A stretch of 64,000 nt of DNA from Candidatus Magasanikiibacteriota bacterium (GCA_018652595.1 JABIBU010000022.1:50346-114345), one strand, 5' to 3'. Positions 12,311 through 21,628 are shown, counted from the stretch's first letter. A program made the numbers and translations. The notes: generated by a model not told the origin, from the letters alone.

Positions 12311-13282
12311 ATGCAAGATTGGAATTTAAAAAATAAATTTTTAACAGCTGTAAATACTAACGGTGGATTTGTAAATTGCCATGGACATTTTGATAAAGCC
12401 TTTTTTATCAGTCCAGAGAAATTAGATAATTCTATGCTTGACATGCAAGCTAAGTGGCAATTGAGTGATGATACAAAAAGAAATAGTTCAATTGATGAAA
12501 TAGCTGATAGAATTAGATGTGCTCTTGATATTATGATTGATCAAGGTGTAAAAACAACTCTAAGTTTTATAGATGCTTACTCAGCTGTCGGACAAAAAGC
12601 AGTAATAGCTGCCAATCAAGTTAAACAAGAGTATAAATATAAAATAAATTTTTTAATCGCCCCTCAGCCAATAGGCGGATTACTAGACCCCGAAGAAAGA
12701 AAAATATTTGAACTGGCAGCTAGTAAATCTGACATAGTCGGAGGTCTACCCTCACGAGATCGTCCTTACATACAAAAAAGTTTTGATATTCTTTTTTCTA
12801 TTGCAAAAAAACTAGACAAACCAATACACGTCCACATTGACCAAGAAAATAATCCAGATGAAAGAGACACTGAAACACTGATTTATTATACAAAAAAATA
12901 TGGCTATGAAGGCAGAGTAGTTGCAATTCATGCTGTATCAACTACCACACAACCAAAAAAATATAGAAAGCACTTGTACAAGAAAATGGCAGAACTCAAA
13001 ATAAGTGTGGTTGTTTGCCCGTCAGCAGCGCTTAGCATGAAACCAACAAATAATAAATTATCACCTATTCGTAATTCAATTGCTCCAATTTCAGAAATGA
13101 TAGAAGCTGGAATTACTGTTGGACTAGGCGTAGACAATATATATGATTTTTACCAGCCTTTTGTAGACGGGGATCTATGGTTTGAGACTAGAATGTTGAT
13201 GGAAGCTACTCGCTTTTATGATTTTGAAAAAGTTTTAAAAATTGTAACTGAAAATGGAAAAAAAATATTAAATATTAAATAA
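12311..13282 (+). CDS. metal-dependent amidohydrolase, cytosine-deaminase (CodA)-like, atypical
   Basis: NCHGHFDK (HxH), HVHIDQ, VAIHAVS, GLGVDNIYD; the HxxE glutamate is replaced by Q; lacks the N-terminal beta-sandwich. Confidence 0.85.
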   Translation: MQDWNLKNKFLTAVNTNGGFVNCHGHFDKAFFISPEKLDNSMLDMQAKWQLSDDTKRNSSIDEIADRIRCALDIMIDQGVKTTLSFIDAYSAVGQKAVIAANQVKQEYKYKINFLIAPQPIGGLLDPEERKIFELAASKSDIVGGLPSRDRPYIQKSFDILFSIAKKLDKPIHVHIDQENNPDERDTETLIYYTKKYGYEGRVVAIHAVSTTTQPKKYRKHLYKKMAELKISVVVCPSAALSMKPTNNKLSPIRNSIAPISEMIEAGITVGLGVDNIYDFYQPFVDGDLWFETRMLMEATRFYDFEKVLKIVTENGKKILNIK

Positions 13283-13301
13283 TATAATTATTAAATAAAA
13301 T

Positions 13302-14939
13302 ATGGAACAAGACAAAAATACATATGCCCATATCGCCTCATATGAGCCAAAAAACAAAGAAGAGGTAAAAAAAGTAGTATTATTATATTCCGGTGGATTA
13401 GATACTTCGGTAATGCTCAAATGGATTAAAGATTTTTATGAAGCAGAAGTAATTGCTCTGTGTATTGATATTGGACAGCAGGTAGATGATTTGGATGCAA
13501 TAAAACAAAAAGCATTGGATTTGGGAGCAATAAAATCAATTGTCATTGACGCAAAAGACGAATTTGCTGATAAATACATCTCTCGTGGCATAAAAGCCAA
13601 TGGTCATTATCAGGGTGACTACAACTTAAGCACCCCAATAGGCAGACCACTCTTAGCAAAATTGGCTGTCCAGGTGGCCATGGAAGAAAAAGCCGACACT
13701 ATTGCTCATGGCTGTACTGGCAAGGGCAATGATCAAGTCAGAATTGAAGGTACTGTAGTTACCTTGAACCCAGATTTAAAAGTTATTGCCCCAGTAAGAG
13801 AATGGGGGATGGGTCGTGATGAGGAAATTGAATATGCCAAAAAGCATAATATTCCTATCCCCCACACAATTGACAAATCATATTCGTCTGACGACAATAT
13901 GTGGGGAGTAACCAGCGAAGGTGGTGAAATAGAAAATCCAGAACTTGTCCCACCAATGAAAAAAATTCTTCAGGTCTGCACACATCCGGCTGACGCACCA
14001 GACGAAGAAGAGTTGGTTGAAATTGAATTTGTCAAAGGTATTCCCACAGCTCTCAATAACGAGGAAATGAAATTAAGCGAACTTATTATAAAATTGAACA
14101 AGTTGTCCGGCAGACACGGTATTGGTATTGCCCACCATATTGAAGATCGAATCGTAGGTCTAAAAGTTAGAGGCATTTATGAACAACCGGCTGCTCACAC
14201 AATTATAAAAGCTCACAAAGAATTGGAAAAATACGTTTGCACTCGACACGAAAATAAATTCAAAGAATTAGTTGATCAGGAATGGGCATATCTTTGTTAC
14301 GGTGCTTTGTGGTTTGAACCGTTGATGAAAGATCTGTCAGGTTTTATAGACACCATGAATGAAAAGGTGAACGGAAAAGTAACTCTGCGCCTATTCAAGG
14401 GCCACTGCGACACAGTTGCACTAAAAACTCCAGACGCTCTATTTGACGAAAAACTAGCCACATTCATGAAGGATGACCTATTCAATCAAAATGCATCATC
14501 GGGCTTTATTGAACTATGGACCTTGCAAATGAAGATGGCAAAACAAAGCAAAAAGAATGTTCTACTTACTATAGGCGGACAAGAAAACAAAGAAGGTCTT
14601 CTCCCAGAAATAAAAGCACTTGAAAAATTGAATTGTGTGCTGTATGCTACCGAACATACGAGTGAATTCTTGGATAAGCACGGAGTCAAAAATCGGATGG
14701 TTTATAAGATATCCAATGGCGATTCTGAAAAAAGACCTAATATAGCAACACTACTAAGAGAAAGAAGATTTGATCTTATCATAAATATTCCCTCAGCCGA
14801 AAGAAACTTTACAACCGACACAGATGGTGAAAAAATTCGTGAATTAAGCATAAAAAGCAACGTGCCTTTGGTAACAAATATAGACGTTGCCAAACATACT
14901 ATCACTCAATTGCAAGATGTAATAGAAAACAAAATGTAA
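13302..14939 (+). CDS. argG: argininosuccinate synthase fused to a C-terminal MGS-like (CarB allosteric) domain
   Basis: LYSGGLDTS, HGCTGKGNDQVR, IEDRIVGLKVRGIYE; C-terminal LYATEHTSEFL...DLIINIP...DGEKIRELSIKSNVPLVTN is an MGS domain. Confidence 0.92.
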   Translation: MEQDKNTYAHIASYEPKNKEEVKKVVLLYSGGLDTSVMLKWIKDFYEAEVIALCIDIGQQVDDLDAIKQKALDLGAIKSIVIDAKDEFADKYISRGIKANGHYQGDYNLSTPIGRPLLAKLAVQVAMEEKADTIAHGCTGKGNDQVRIEGTVVTLNPDLKVIAPVREWGMGRDEEIEYAKKHNIPIPHTIDKSYSSDDNMWGVTSEGGEIENPELVPPMKKILQVCTHPADAPDEEELVEIEFVKGIPTALNNEEMKLSELIIKLNKLSGRHGIGIAHHIEDRIVGLKVRGIYEQPAAHTIIKAHKELEKYVCTRHENKFKELVDQEWAYLCYGALWFEPLMKDLSGFIDTMNEKVNGKVTLRLFKGHCDTVALKTPDALFDEKLATFMKDDLFNQNASSGFIELWTLQMKMAKQSKKNVLLTIGGQENKEGLLPEIKALEKLNCVLYATEHTSEFLDKHGVKNRMVYKISNGDSEKRPNIATLLRERRFDLIINIPSAERNFTTDTDGEKIRELSIKSNVPLVTNIDVAKHTITQLQDVIENKM

Positions 14940-14945
14940 TAATAC

Positions 14946-15860
14946 ATGTCTAAATTAAAAACCAGATTCCTAGACAAAGAATTCAAAAACCCCATTGTCC
15001 TTGCATCGGGCATCTTAGGGTTAACCGCGGCCAGCATGAACAATGCGGTGAATAATGGGTGTGGTGGTGTGACTGTAAAATCTGTTTCCAAAGATGCTAG
15101 ACCCGGACACCCAAATCCTACTATGACCGGCACTGATCATTATTTTATCAATGCGGTTGGGCTATCTAATCCAAGTGTGGCCGAAGGAATAAAAGAATTT
15201 GCAAAATTTAAGGAGATGACTAATGCGCCTTTGGTTGGTAGTATTTTTGCTGGAACACCAGATGAATTTGCTGAGGTAACTGAAATAATTTGTCAGTCCC
15301 CGATTGATTTTTTGGAAGTAAATGTTTCTTGCCCAAATGTAAGCAAAGAATTTGGCACACCTTTTGCTTACGATACCAAAGCGGTTGAGGTAATTACAAA
15401 AAAAGTAAAAGAAAAATCCACTGTACCAGTTATAATAAAACTTACTCCCCAAGCTTGGAACGTGGCTGAGATTGCAAAAGTAGCAGAAGATGCTGGCGCT
15501 GATGCTATTTGCGCTGGAAATACTATTTCTGGCATGGCAATAGATATCAGAGCAAGGAAGCCAGTGTTACACAACAAACAAGGTGGTGTATCTGGCCCTG
15601 CTTTATTTCCTGTGGCTTTGAAGGCTGTTTATGATATTTATAAAACTGTAAAAATCCCAATCATCGGCACTGGTGGAATTACCACAGGCGAAGATGCCAT
15701 CGCCATGGTTATGGCTGGGGCAAGCTTACTAGGTGTTGGTTCTGCAGTCTACTATCGAGGACAAGATGTATTTGAAAAAATAAATAATGAAATGACAGAA
15801 TTCATGAAAAAAGAAAATATAAATTCACTTGAAGAAATTAGAGGAATAGCTCATAAATAA
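14946..15860 (+). CDS. pyrD: dihydroorotate dehydrogenase class 1B catalytic subunit
   Basis: NPIVLASG, NAVGLSNP, NVSCPNV, GGVSGPA, IIGTGGI. Confidence 0.95.
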   Translation: MSKLKTRFLDKEFKNPIVLASGILGLTAASMNNAVNNGCGGVTVKSVSKDARPGHPNPTMTGTDHYFINAVGLSNPSVAEGIKEFAKFKEMTNAPLVGSIFAGTPDEFAEVTEIICQSPIDFLEVNVSCPNVSKEFGTPFAYDTKAVEVITKKVKEKSTVPVIIKLTPQAWNVAEIAKVAEDAGADAICAGNTISGMAIDIRARKPVLHNKQGGVSGPALFPVALKAVYDIYKTVKIPIIGTGGITTGEDAIAMVMAGASLLGVGSAVYYRGQDVFEKINNEMTEFMKKENINSLEEIRGIAHK

Positions 15861-15861
15861 T

Positions 15862-16698
15862 ATGGAAAATAATAATCCACAATTTATTCCGATATCAAAA
15901 ATAGTTGAAGAAGCCCAAGATATTAAAACTTTTTATTTTGAACATAGTTTAAATTCCAAACCAGGACAATTTATAATGCTTTGGGTACCAGAGCATGACC
16001 AGAAGCCATTTTCTATTGCGTATGATGATGGTAAATCTTTTGGTCTAACTTTTTTCAAACGTGGCCCAACCACGACAAAACTTTTTGATATGAAAGTTGG
16101 TGAAAGAGTTGGGATTGAAGGTCCGTTTGGCACGAGCTTTTCTCGTAAACCCGATACTCACTACATCATGGTCGCTGGAGGTTATGGTGCGGCACCGTTG
16201 GGGTTCTTGGCAGAATCGCTTTTGTCTCCCCCTGCCGGAGGGGGAGATGCCCGCAGGGCAGAGGGGGTGGGAGTAGACTTCTGTGTTGGTGCTAGAAATA
16301 AAGATTTAGTTTTATTTAAAAACAGAATAGAAAAAATTCCAAATACAAAACTTCATATCGCGACAGACGACGGTAGCGAAGGACATAAAGGATACATCAC
16401 TGATATATTATCAAACTTAATTGATAGCGCTGAAAAAAAAGTATTAGTTGTCACTTGTGGTCCAGAACTTATGGAAAAAAAGATTTTGAATATCTGTAAT
16501 GAAAAAAATACCGATTGCGAAATAAGCATTGAGAGATATATGAAATGTGGAGTTGGTATTTGCGGACAGTGCGCAGTTGACCCAATTGGAATTTGCATGT
16601 GTAAAGAAGGTCCAGTAGTAAAACGCGAACTGGCCAATAAAATAACTGAGTTTGGAAAATACCATCGCGATAAAAGTGGAAAAATTATTTATTTTTAA
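15862..16698 (+). CDS. pyrK: dihydroorotate dehydrogenase electron-transfer subunit
   Basis: PGQFIMLW, KPFSIA, AGGYGAAP, TDDGS, CGPELM, ERYMKCGVGICGQC (2Fe-2S). Confidence 0.92.
   Translation: MENNNPQFIPISKIVEEAQDIKTFYFEHSLNSKPGQFIMLWVPEHDQKPFSIAYDDGKSFGLTFFKRGPTTTKLFDMKVGERVGIEGPFGTSFSRKPDTHYIMVAGGYGAAPLGFLAESLLSPPAGGGDARRAEGVGVDFCVGARNKDLVLFKNRIEKIPNTKLHIATDDGSEGHKGYITDILSNLIDSAEKKVLVVTCGPELMEKKILNICNEKNTDCEISIERYMKCGVGICGQCAVDPIGICMCKEGPVVKRELANKITEFGKYHRDKSGKIIYF
16225..16268. repeat. GC-rich palindromic element inserted in frame in pyrK
   Basis: TCTCCCCCT-GCCGG-AGGGGGAGA TGCCC-GCA-GGGCA GAGGGGGT, encoding SPPAGGGDARRAEGV. Confidence 0.75.
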
Positions 16699-16708
16699 TT
16701 TAAAAAAT

Positions 16709-17302
16709 ATGAAAGATTTAACACTAAAACTACACGAGATAGACGCGATTAAATTCGGAGAATTCAAACTCAAAAGCGGTATCATATCACCAATTTATAT
16801 TGACTTACGTGTGACAGTCTCCTATCCAAAAGTTTTGAAAATGGTTGCAGGTGCAATGTGGGAAAGAGTGAATAATATAAATTTTGACTTACTCTGTGGA
16901 GTACCCTACACTGCACTACCTTTTGCAACGGTTATGTCTGCAGAACATGATAAACCAATGGTCATGCGCCGCAAAGAAGTAAAAGGCTATGGAACTCGAA
17001 AAGCAATAGAGGGTTATTTTGAAAATGGACAAAATTGTCTCATTGTCGAAGATTTGATAACTAGTGGATCAAGTGTGTTTGAAACTATCGAACCGTTAGA
17101 GCATGAGGGATTAAAAATAACTGACATCGTAGTCCTGGTAGATCGTGAACAAGGCGGTAAAAAACATATTGAAGGCAAAGGATACAATCTACACTCCGTC
17201 TTAACAATTTCACAAGTCTTGGAAACGCTAGAGGTAGAAGAAAAACTAGACAGTGAAATGGTAAGCAAAGTAAAAGAATTTATCACCTCTAACCAAGTTT
17301 AA
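16709..17302 (+). CDS. pyrE: orotate phosphoribosyltransferase (UMPS-like)
   Basis: [43 protein letters not shown]; start ATG 16709. Confidence 0.95.
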   Translation: MKDLTLKLHEIDAIKFGEFKLKSGIISPIYIDLRVTVSYPKVLKMVAGAMWERVNNINFDLLCGVPYTALPFATVMSAEHDKPMVMRRKEVKGYGTRKAIEGYFENGQNCLIVEDLITSGSSVFETIEPLEHEGLKITDIVVLVDREQGGKKHIEGKGYNLHSVLTISQVLETLEVEEKLDSEMVSKVKEFITSNQV

Positions 17303-17303
17303 T

Positions 17304-18068
17304 ATGCAAACATACAAACAACGCGCTGAACTCTGTTCAAATCCTACCGCTCACAGACTTTTTAAACTAATGGAAGAAAAGCAAACCAATTTGGCAATTG
17401 CGGCCGATGTAATATCAAAACAAGAGTTAATAAAAATTGCCGACGAACTTGGGCCTGAAATTTGTGTACTAAAAACTCATATAGATATTATAGAAGACTT
17501 TGATGACGACCTAGTAATACAATTGCAAAGACTATCCGAAAAACATAACTTCTTACTTTTTGAAGATAGGAAATTTGCTGACATCGGCAACACAGTAAAA
17601 CACCAATATGAAAATGGGGTCTACCATATTGCAGACTGGGCCGATATTACCAATGCTCACACTGTACCAGGACCAGGAGTTATCGAAGGGTTGAAAGAAG
17701 TCGGACTCAGGAAAGGACGGGGGCTTCTGCTCCTTGCTGAGATGAGCCCAAAAGGAAATCTGGCCACTGGTAGCTATACTGAGGCCAGCCTAAAGATGGC
17801 AGAGGAGCACAAAGACTTTGTTATAGGTTTTATAACAATGAAAAAATTACTTGATGATCCTTGTTTTATAAATATGACTCCGGGCGTAAAGCTCGTCCAA
17901 GGTGGAGATGCACTAGGTCAGCAATATAATACACCAGAAAAAGTGATCAAGGAGCAGGGTAGCGATATAATAATTGTAGGCCGAGGAATTTATCAAGCAG
18001 ACGATCCACTAGCCGAAGCAAAAAAATACCGAGAAGCTGGCTGGCAGGCATATCAAAATAGATTGTAA
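17304..18068 (+). CDS. pyrF: orotidine-5'-phosphate decarboxylase (URA3/UMPS-like type)
   Basis: [46 protein letters not shown]. Confidence 0.96.
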   Translation: MQTYKQRAELCSNPTAHRLFKLMEEKQTNLAIAADVISKQELIKIADELGPEICVLKTHIDIIEDFDDDLVIQLQRLSEKHNFLLFEDRKFADIGNTVKHQYENGVYHIADWADITNAHTVPGPGVIEGLKEVGLRKGRGLLLLAEMSPKGNLATGSYTEASLKMAEEHKDFVIGFITMKKLLDDPCFINMTPGVKLVQGGDALGQQYNTPEKVIKEQGSDIIIVGRGIYQADDPLAEAKKYREAGWQAYQNRL

Positions 18069-18084
18069 AATAATAATTAAAAAA

Positions 18085-18112
18085 GTAGAAACGTGCCATG
18101 ACACGTCTCTAC
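18085..18112. repeat. GTAG-type REP-like palindrome acting as bidirectional terminator
   Basis: GTAGAAACGTG-CCATGA-CACGTCTCTAC flanked by A and T tracts. Confidence 0.7.
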
Positions 18113-18127
18113 TTTTTTAATTATTAT

Positions 18128-18823
18128 TTAGTGTGGCAACTGATCAATCATTTTCTTAAAATCCTGCACATCCTGCTTACTGAACCCAACTTTACCTTTA
18201 TCTTTCTTAATTTGTTTTTTCATACTCTTTCTTACCAATCTACCAAAAGATCCGCCAGTTGGTAATTTACTTGCATGAGAATCAATCAGTTGTAAAATAT
18301 ATTCTCTGTCTTTCGCACTTAAATTCTTATAGGTCGCCGGGCTTTTCATTACAGCCCGACGCAATTTCATCTTCATGCCCTGTGTACCGCTCATACGGCT
18401 TAATTTTCCAGTGCTAAATCCAGCCTTCTCAACAGCTTTACCATAAACATCTTTAGCTCCTGTTTCTGCATTTTTCAAAGCTTCAGCCTTTTCTTTTGCT
18501 TGTCTAGCTTTTACCATTCTACGAATATAATTATATCGCAACTCATCTCTCTCTTGATCTCCCATATTTTCTCTGGACAGTGATTCATCAACTTCGGCAG
18601 GTCTACTAATAGATGTTGTGGCTTTCTGACCAATTCCTTCTGGGTGTGTAATTGAAGTACTTATTTTTGTGCTTTCACCCATAGCCCGACTCATAGAAGT
18701 TTTAGCTCTCTTAATTGAATCCCTACCCAAATGGGTAGTAGAAAAACTCTGAGCTCTTCCTGACTGTGATGAGCCAGAAGTCTTATTAAAAATTGGTAAG
18801 TTTTTTAGAGGTCCGATTGGCAT
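18128..18823 (-). CDS. hypothetical basic protein
   Basis: 231 aa ORF co-oriented downstream of miaA; rich in S/K/R. Confidence 0.7.
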   Translation of the reverse strand: MPIGPLKNLPIFNKTSGSSQSGRAQSFSTTHLGRDSIKRAKTSMSRAMGESTKISTSITHPEGIGQKATTSISRPAEVDESLSRENMGDQERDELRYNYIRRMVKARQAKEKAEALKNAETGAKDVYGKAVEKAGFSTGKLSRMSGTQGMKMKLRRAVMKSPATYKNLSAKDREYILQLIDSHASKLPTGGSFGRLVRKSMKKQIKKDKGKVGFSKQDVQDFKKMIDQLPH

Positions 18824-18839
18824 AATATAAATTTAATAA

Positions 18840-19784
18840 CTATTTTTCACTTAAAAAATCTTTTACTAGCTTCTCTGCTTTTTTATAATCCTTACACCAT
18901 TTAATTCTATCATCTCTCTTGAACCAGGTAAGTTGGCGCTTTGAATAACGACGAGTATCACGTTTTAATAATTCAATTGCCCTATCCAAATCATACTCAC
19001 CATCAAAATATCCCTTGAACTGACCATAGCCAATACCGCTCATGCTAGATAGTCCCCAACCATACTTTTGCTTTACTAGACCTTCCACTTCTTTCAAAAG
19101 TCCCAACTTCATCATTTCATCCACGCGACTGTTAATTCTTTTGTATAAAACTTCACGAGGTGTGTCTATTCCAATTTGCAAGACATCAAAAATAGGCTCG
19201 CCTTTTATTTGTTGCTCTGAAAAAGGTGTGCCACTGAGAATACAGACTTCCAAAGCCCTAATTATTCTTCTCGTATTATTTGAATCAACATTATTAGCCG
19301 ACTTTGGATCCAAAGCTTTCAACAATTTCATCAACTCTTGATTGCTTTTGTCTTTCAAGCTTTTTCTTAGCTTCCTATTTGGAGCCACACTTGGTATTTT
19401 CAAATTATCAACCAAAGAATGAATATAAAGCCCTGTACCGCCAGCCACTATCGGAATCCTTCCGTTCTTATGTGCTGTTTTGGACCACTTAACAGCCTTG
19501 TCCCTAAACTCCGGTACTGCAAAATTCTTTCCTGGATCCAAAAAATCAATCAAATGGTGTGGAACACCTTCTACATAGTAAGTCTTACGCAAACCGTCTC
19601 TTTTCCACTCACCCTTAGCTTTGGCAGTGCCTATGTTCATTTTTTTGAAAATCTGCCTAGAATCAGCAGAGATAATTTCACCATCAAACTTCTTTGCCAA
19701 TTTCAAACCCCAAGTGGTCTTCCCACCTGCTGTTGGGCCTAATATTACAATCAGTTTGGGTAATTTTCTTGTTTCTTTACGCAT
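18840..19784 (-). CDS. miaA: tRNA dimethylallyltransferase
   Basis: GPTAGGKT, ISADSRQ, GTAK, GGTGLY, RRIIRALEV, KRQLTWF; start ATG 19784. Confidence 0.96.
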   Translation of the reverse strand: MRKETRKLPKLIVILGPTAGGKTTWGLKLAKKFDGEIISADSRQIFKKMNIGTAKAKGEWKRDGLRKTYYVEGVPHHLIDFLDPGKNFAVPEFRDKAVKWSKTAHKNGRIPIVAGGTGLYIHSLVDNLKIPSVAPNRKLRKSLKDKSNQELMKLLKALDPKSANNVDSNNTRRIIRALEVCILSGTPFSEQQIKGEPIFDVLQIGIDTPREVLYKRINSRVDEMMKLGLLKEVEGLVKQKYGWGLSSMSGIGYGQFKGYFDGEYDLDRAIELLKRDTRRYSKRQLTWFKRDDRIKWCKDYKKAEKLVKDFLSEK

Positions 19785-19803
19785 AAAGCATTGATTTCGC
19801 AGA

Positions 19804-20208
19804 TTATTTACTGATTCCACTGAATTTCTTGTAATTTTTATAGTTAGCCAAACGTTTTACTTCTAAACTTTGGTTATTAAAATTTATGAGTAATCCTATT
19901 TCCAAGCCACTTGCTTTTAAATAGGATATAGTTTGAGTTTGAAATATTTTTGGCATCTCTCCTACTACCGCCTTTAGTTCAATTATGACCCTATTTTCTA
20001 CTACCAAATCTACTCGAAAAATTCCAATCCAAACATCTTCAAAATGTATATTATATTCTTTCTCACTCTCGATAGATATACCTTCTCTATCTAGAGCGAC
20101 TATCATTGCCTGATGATATACTTTTTCTGGAAAACCAGGGCCAATCTCACAATGTATTTTCATGGCAACACCAATTATTTGCCCTGTTAACTCACTCTCT
20201 TTATACAT
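19804..20208 (-). CDS. GxxExxY (PD-(D/E)XK-like) protein
   Basis: GPGFPEKVY, FRVDLVVENRVIIELKA, YLKASGLEIGLLINF; start MYKESELT. Confidence 0.9.
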   Translation of the reverse strand: MYKESELTGQIIGVAMKIHCEIGPGFPEKVYHQAMIVALDREGISIESEKEYNIHFEDVWIGIFRVDLVVENRVIIELKAVVGEMPKIFQTQTISYLKASGLEIGLLINFNNQSLEVKRLANYKNYKKFSGISK

Positions 20209-20248
20209 AATCTGTGAAATCTTTTTATAATCAATATAATCAATGCTA

Positions 20249-21628
20249 TTATACCATATCCCCCTCAAGAAGCCATGTGTCGGCTTTTTTGATTTTTACT
20301 TCGACAATCTTACCAACCAAAGATTTATCACCAGAAAAATGAGTAAGTCTCATCTCACTGGAATTACCGGCACAAATCCCATCTTTGTATCTTTCTACCA
20401 ATACTGAGGCTGTCTTGCCGATAAATTTTTGATTTTTCTTGTAAGTAATTTCTTTCATCAGGTCTTGCAACACAAACCAGCGTCGTTTCTTTTCTTCAAT
20501 GCTTACATCGTCCTTAAAAGCCTTGTCTGCTACAGTACCAGAGCGCGTAGAGTATTTTGCTGGATAAGAAATATCAAAATCACATTCCTTATACATATCT
20601 ACAGTATCTTGAAATTCTTTTAAACTCTCACCACAAAATCCTACAATAATATCTGTGCCAATAGAAATACCTGGCTTTTTGGCTTTAATTTTCTTTATAA
20701 GATCAATAAAAAACTCCCGGTCATGTTTGCGATTCATTTTTCTAAGTACTTCTGTACTACCAGACTGAACCGGCAGATGAAGAAAGTTTATTTGCTTTGG
20801 AAGTGTAAGTGCGTCAATCACCTCATCATCCATATATATTGGATGCGGACCAGTCCAATGAATTCTCTCTATTCCTTCAACCTGATTTACCTCCCAAAGT
20901 AATTTGGCAAAATCATTTTTGCTATATTTATTTTCTTTAGAAAAAAATTCAGGGTCTAATGCCACGTAATGATTTACAATCTCACCTAGCAAAGTTATTT
21001 CTTTGCAGCCATTTTTTGCTAGTTTTTTTATTTCTTCCAAAATATCTTGCAAAGGTCTGTTTTTTTCTCTGCCTCTGGCATAAGGCACAGCACAATATGT
21101 ACAAAAATGATCACACCCAGTCTGGATAGGAATAAAAGCTTGAAAATCATTTTTATACTTTGGTGTAATTTTTAAGTATTCGCTATCTAAACCCAGCACC
21201 AATTTATCATCTGTAGATAATAAATTGGTGCTGGCTAAATTTATTTTTCTAAAATCAGGATTCAATTTGCACAACATGTCAGGAAGTTTTACCATGTCTG
21301 CCGTTGGAAAATATAGATCAACCTTTTGTAATTTTTTAAAAAGCTTTTTATCCTTGTCTCGACCAGGCATACAGCCAGTCACAGCCACAATTAAATTTGG
21401 TTTATTTTTCTTAAGCTTTGCAAAGTTTCGTGCACCACCAAATATGCGGTCTTCTGCACTATCGCGCACTGAACAACTATTCATAATTATCACATCAGCC
21501 TCTTCTGGTGTACCAACCTTTTCCAAACCCATATTACACAAAACAGACTCCATGCGTTCGCTGTCGTTCTTATTCATCTGACATCCAAAAGTAATTATAT
21601 TGTATTTATATTGCATATATTTATTCAT
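20249..21628 (-). CDS. miaB: tRNA-2-methylthio-N6-dimethylallyladenosine synthase
   Basis: TFGCQMN, NSCSVR, GCDHFCTYC radical SAM motif, HLPVQSGS, C-terminal TRAM domain. Confidence 0.95.
   Translation of the reverse strand: MNKYMQYKYNIITFGCQMNKNDSERMESVLCNMGLEKVGTPEEADVIIMNSCSVRDSAEDRIFGGARNFAKLKKNKPNLIVAVTGCMPGRDKDKKLFKKLQKVDLYFPTADMVKLPDMLCKLNPDFRKINLASTNLLSTDDKLVLGLDSEYLKITPKYKNDFQAFIPIQTGCDHFCTYCAVPYARGREKNRPLQDILEEIKKLAKNGCKEITLLGEIVNHYVALDPEFFSKENKYSKNDFAKLLWEVNQVEGIERIHWTGPHPIYMDDEVIDALTLPKQINFLHLPVQSGSTEVLRKMNRKHDREFFIDLIKKIKAKKPGISIGTDIIVGFCGESLKEFQDTVDMYKECDFDISYPAKYSTRSGTVADKAFKDDVSIEEKKRRWFVLQDLMKEITYKKNQKFIGKTASVLVERYKDGICAGNSSEMRLTHFSGDKSLVGKIVEVKIKKADTWLLEGDMV
21193..21234. 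repeat. 42-bp palindrome inserted in frame in miaB
   Basis: CCAGCACCAATTTAT-N12-ATAAATTGGTGCTGG (perfect 15-bp arms), encoding ASTNLLSTDDKLVL. Confidence 0.75.
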
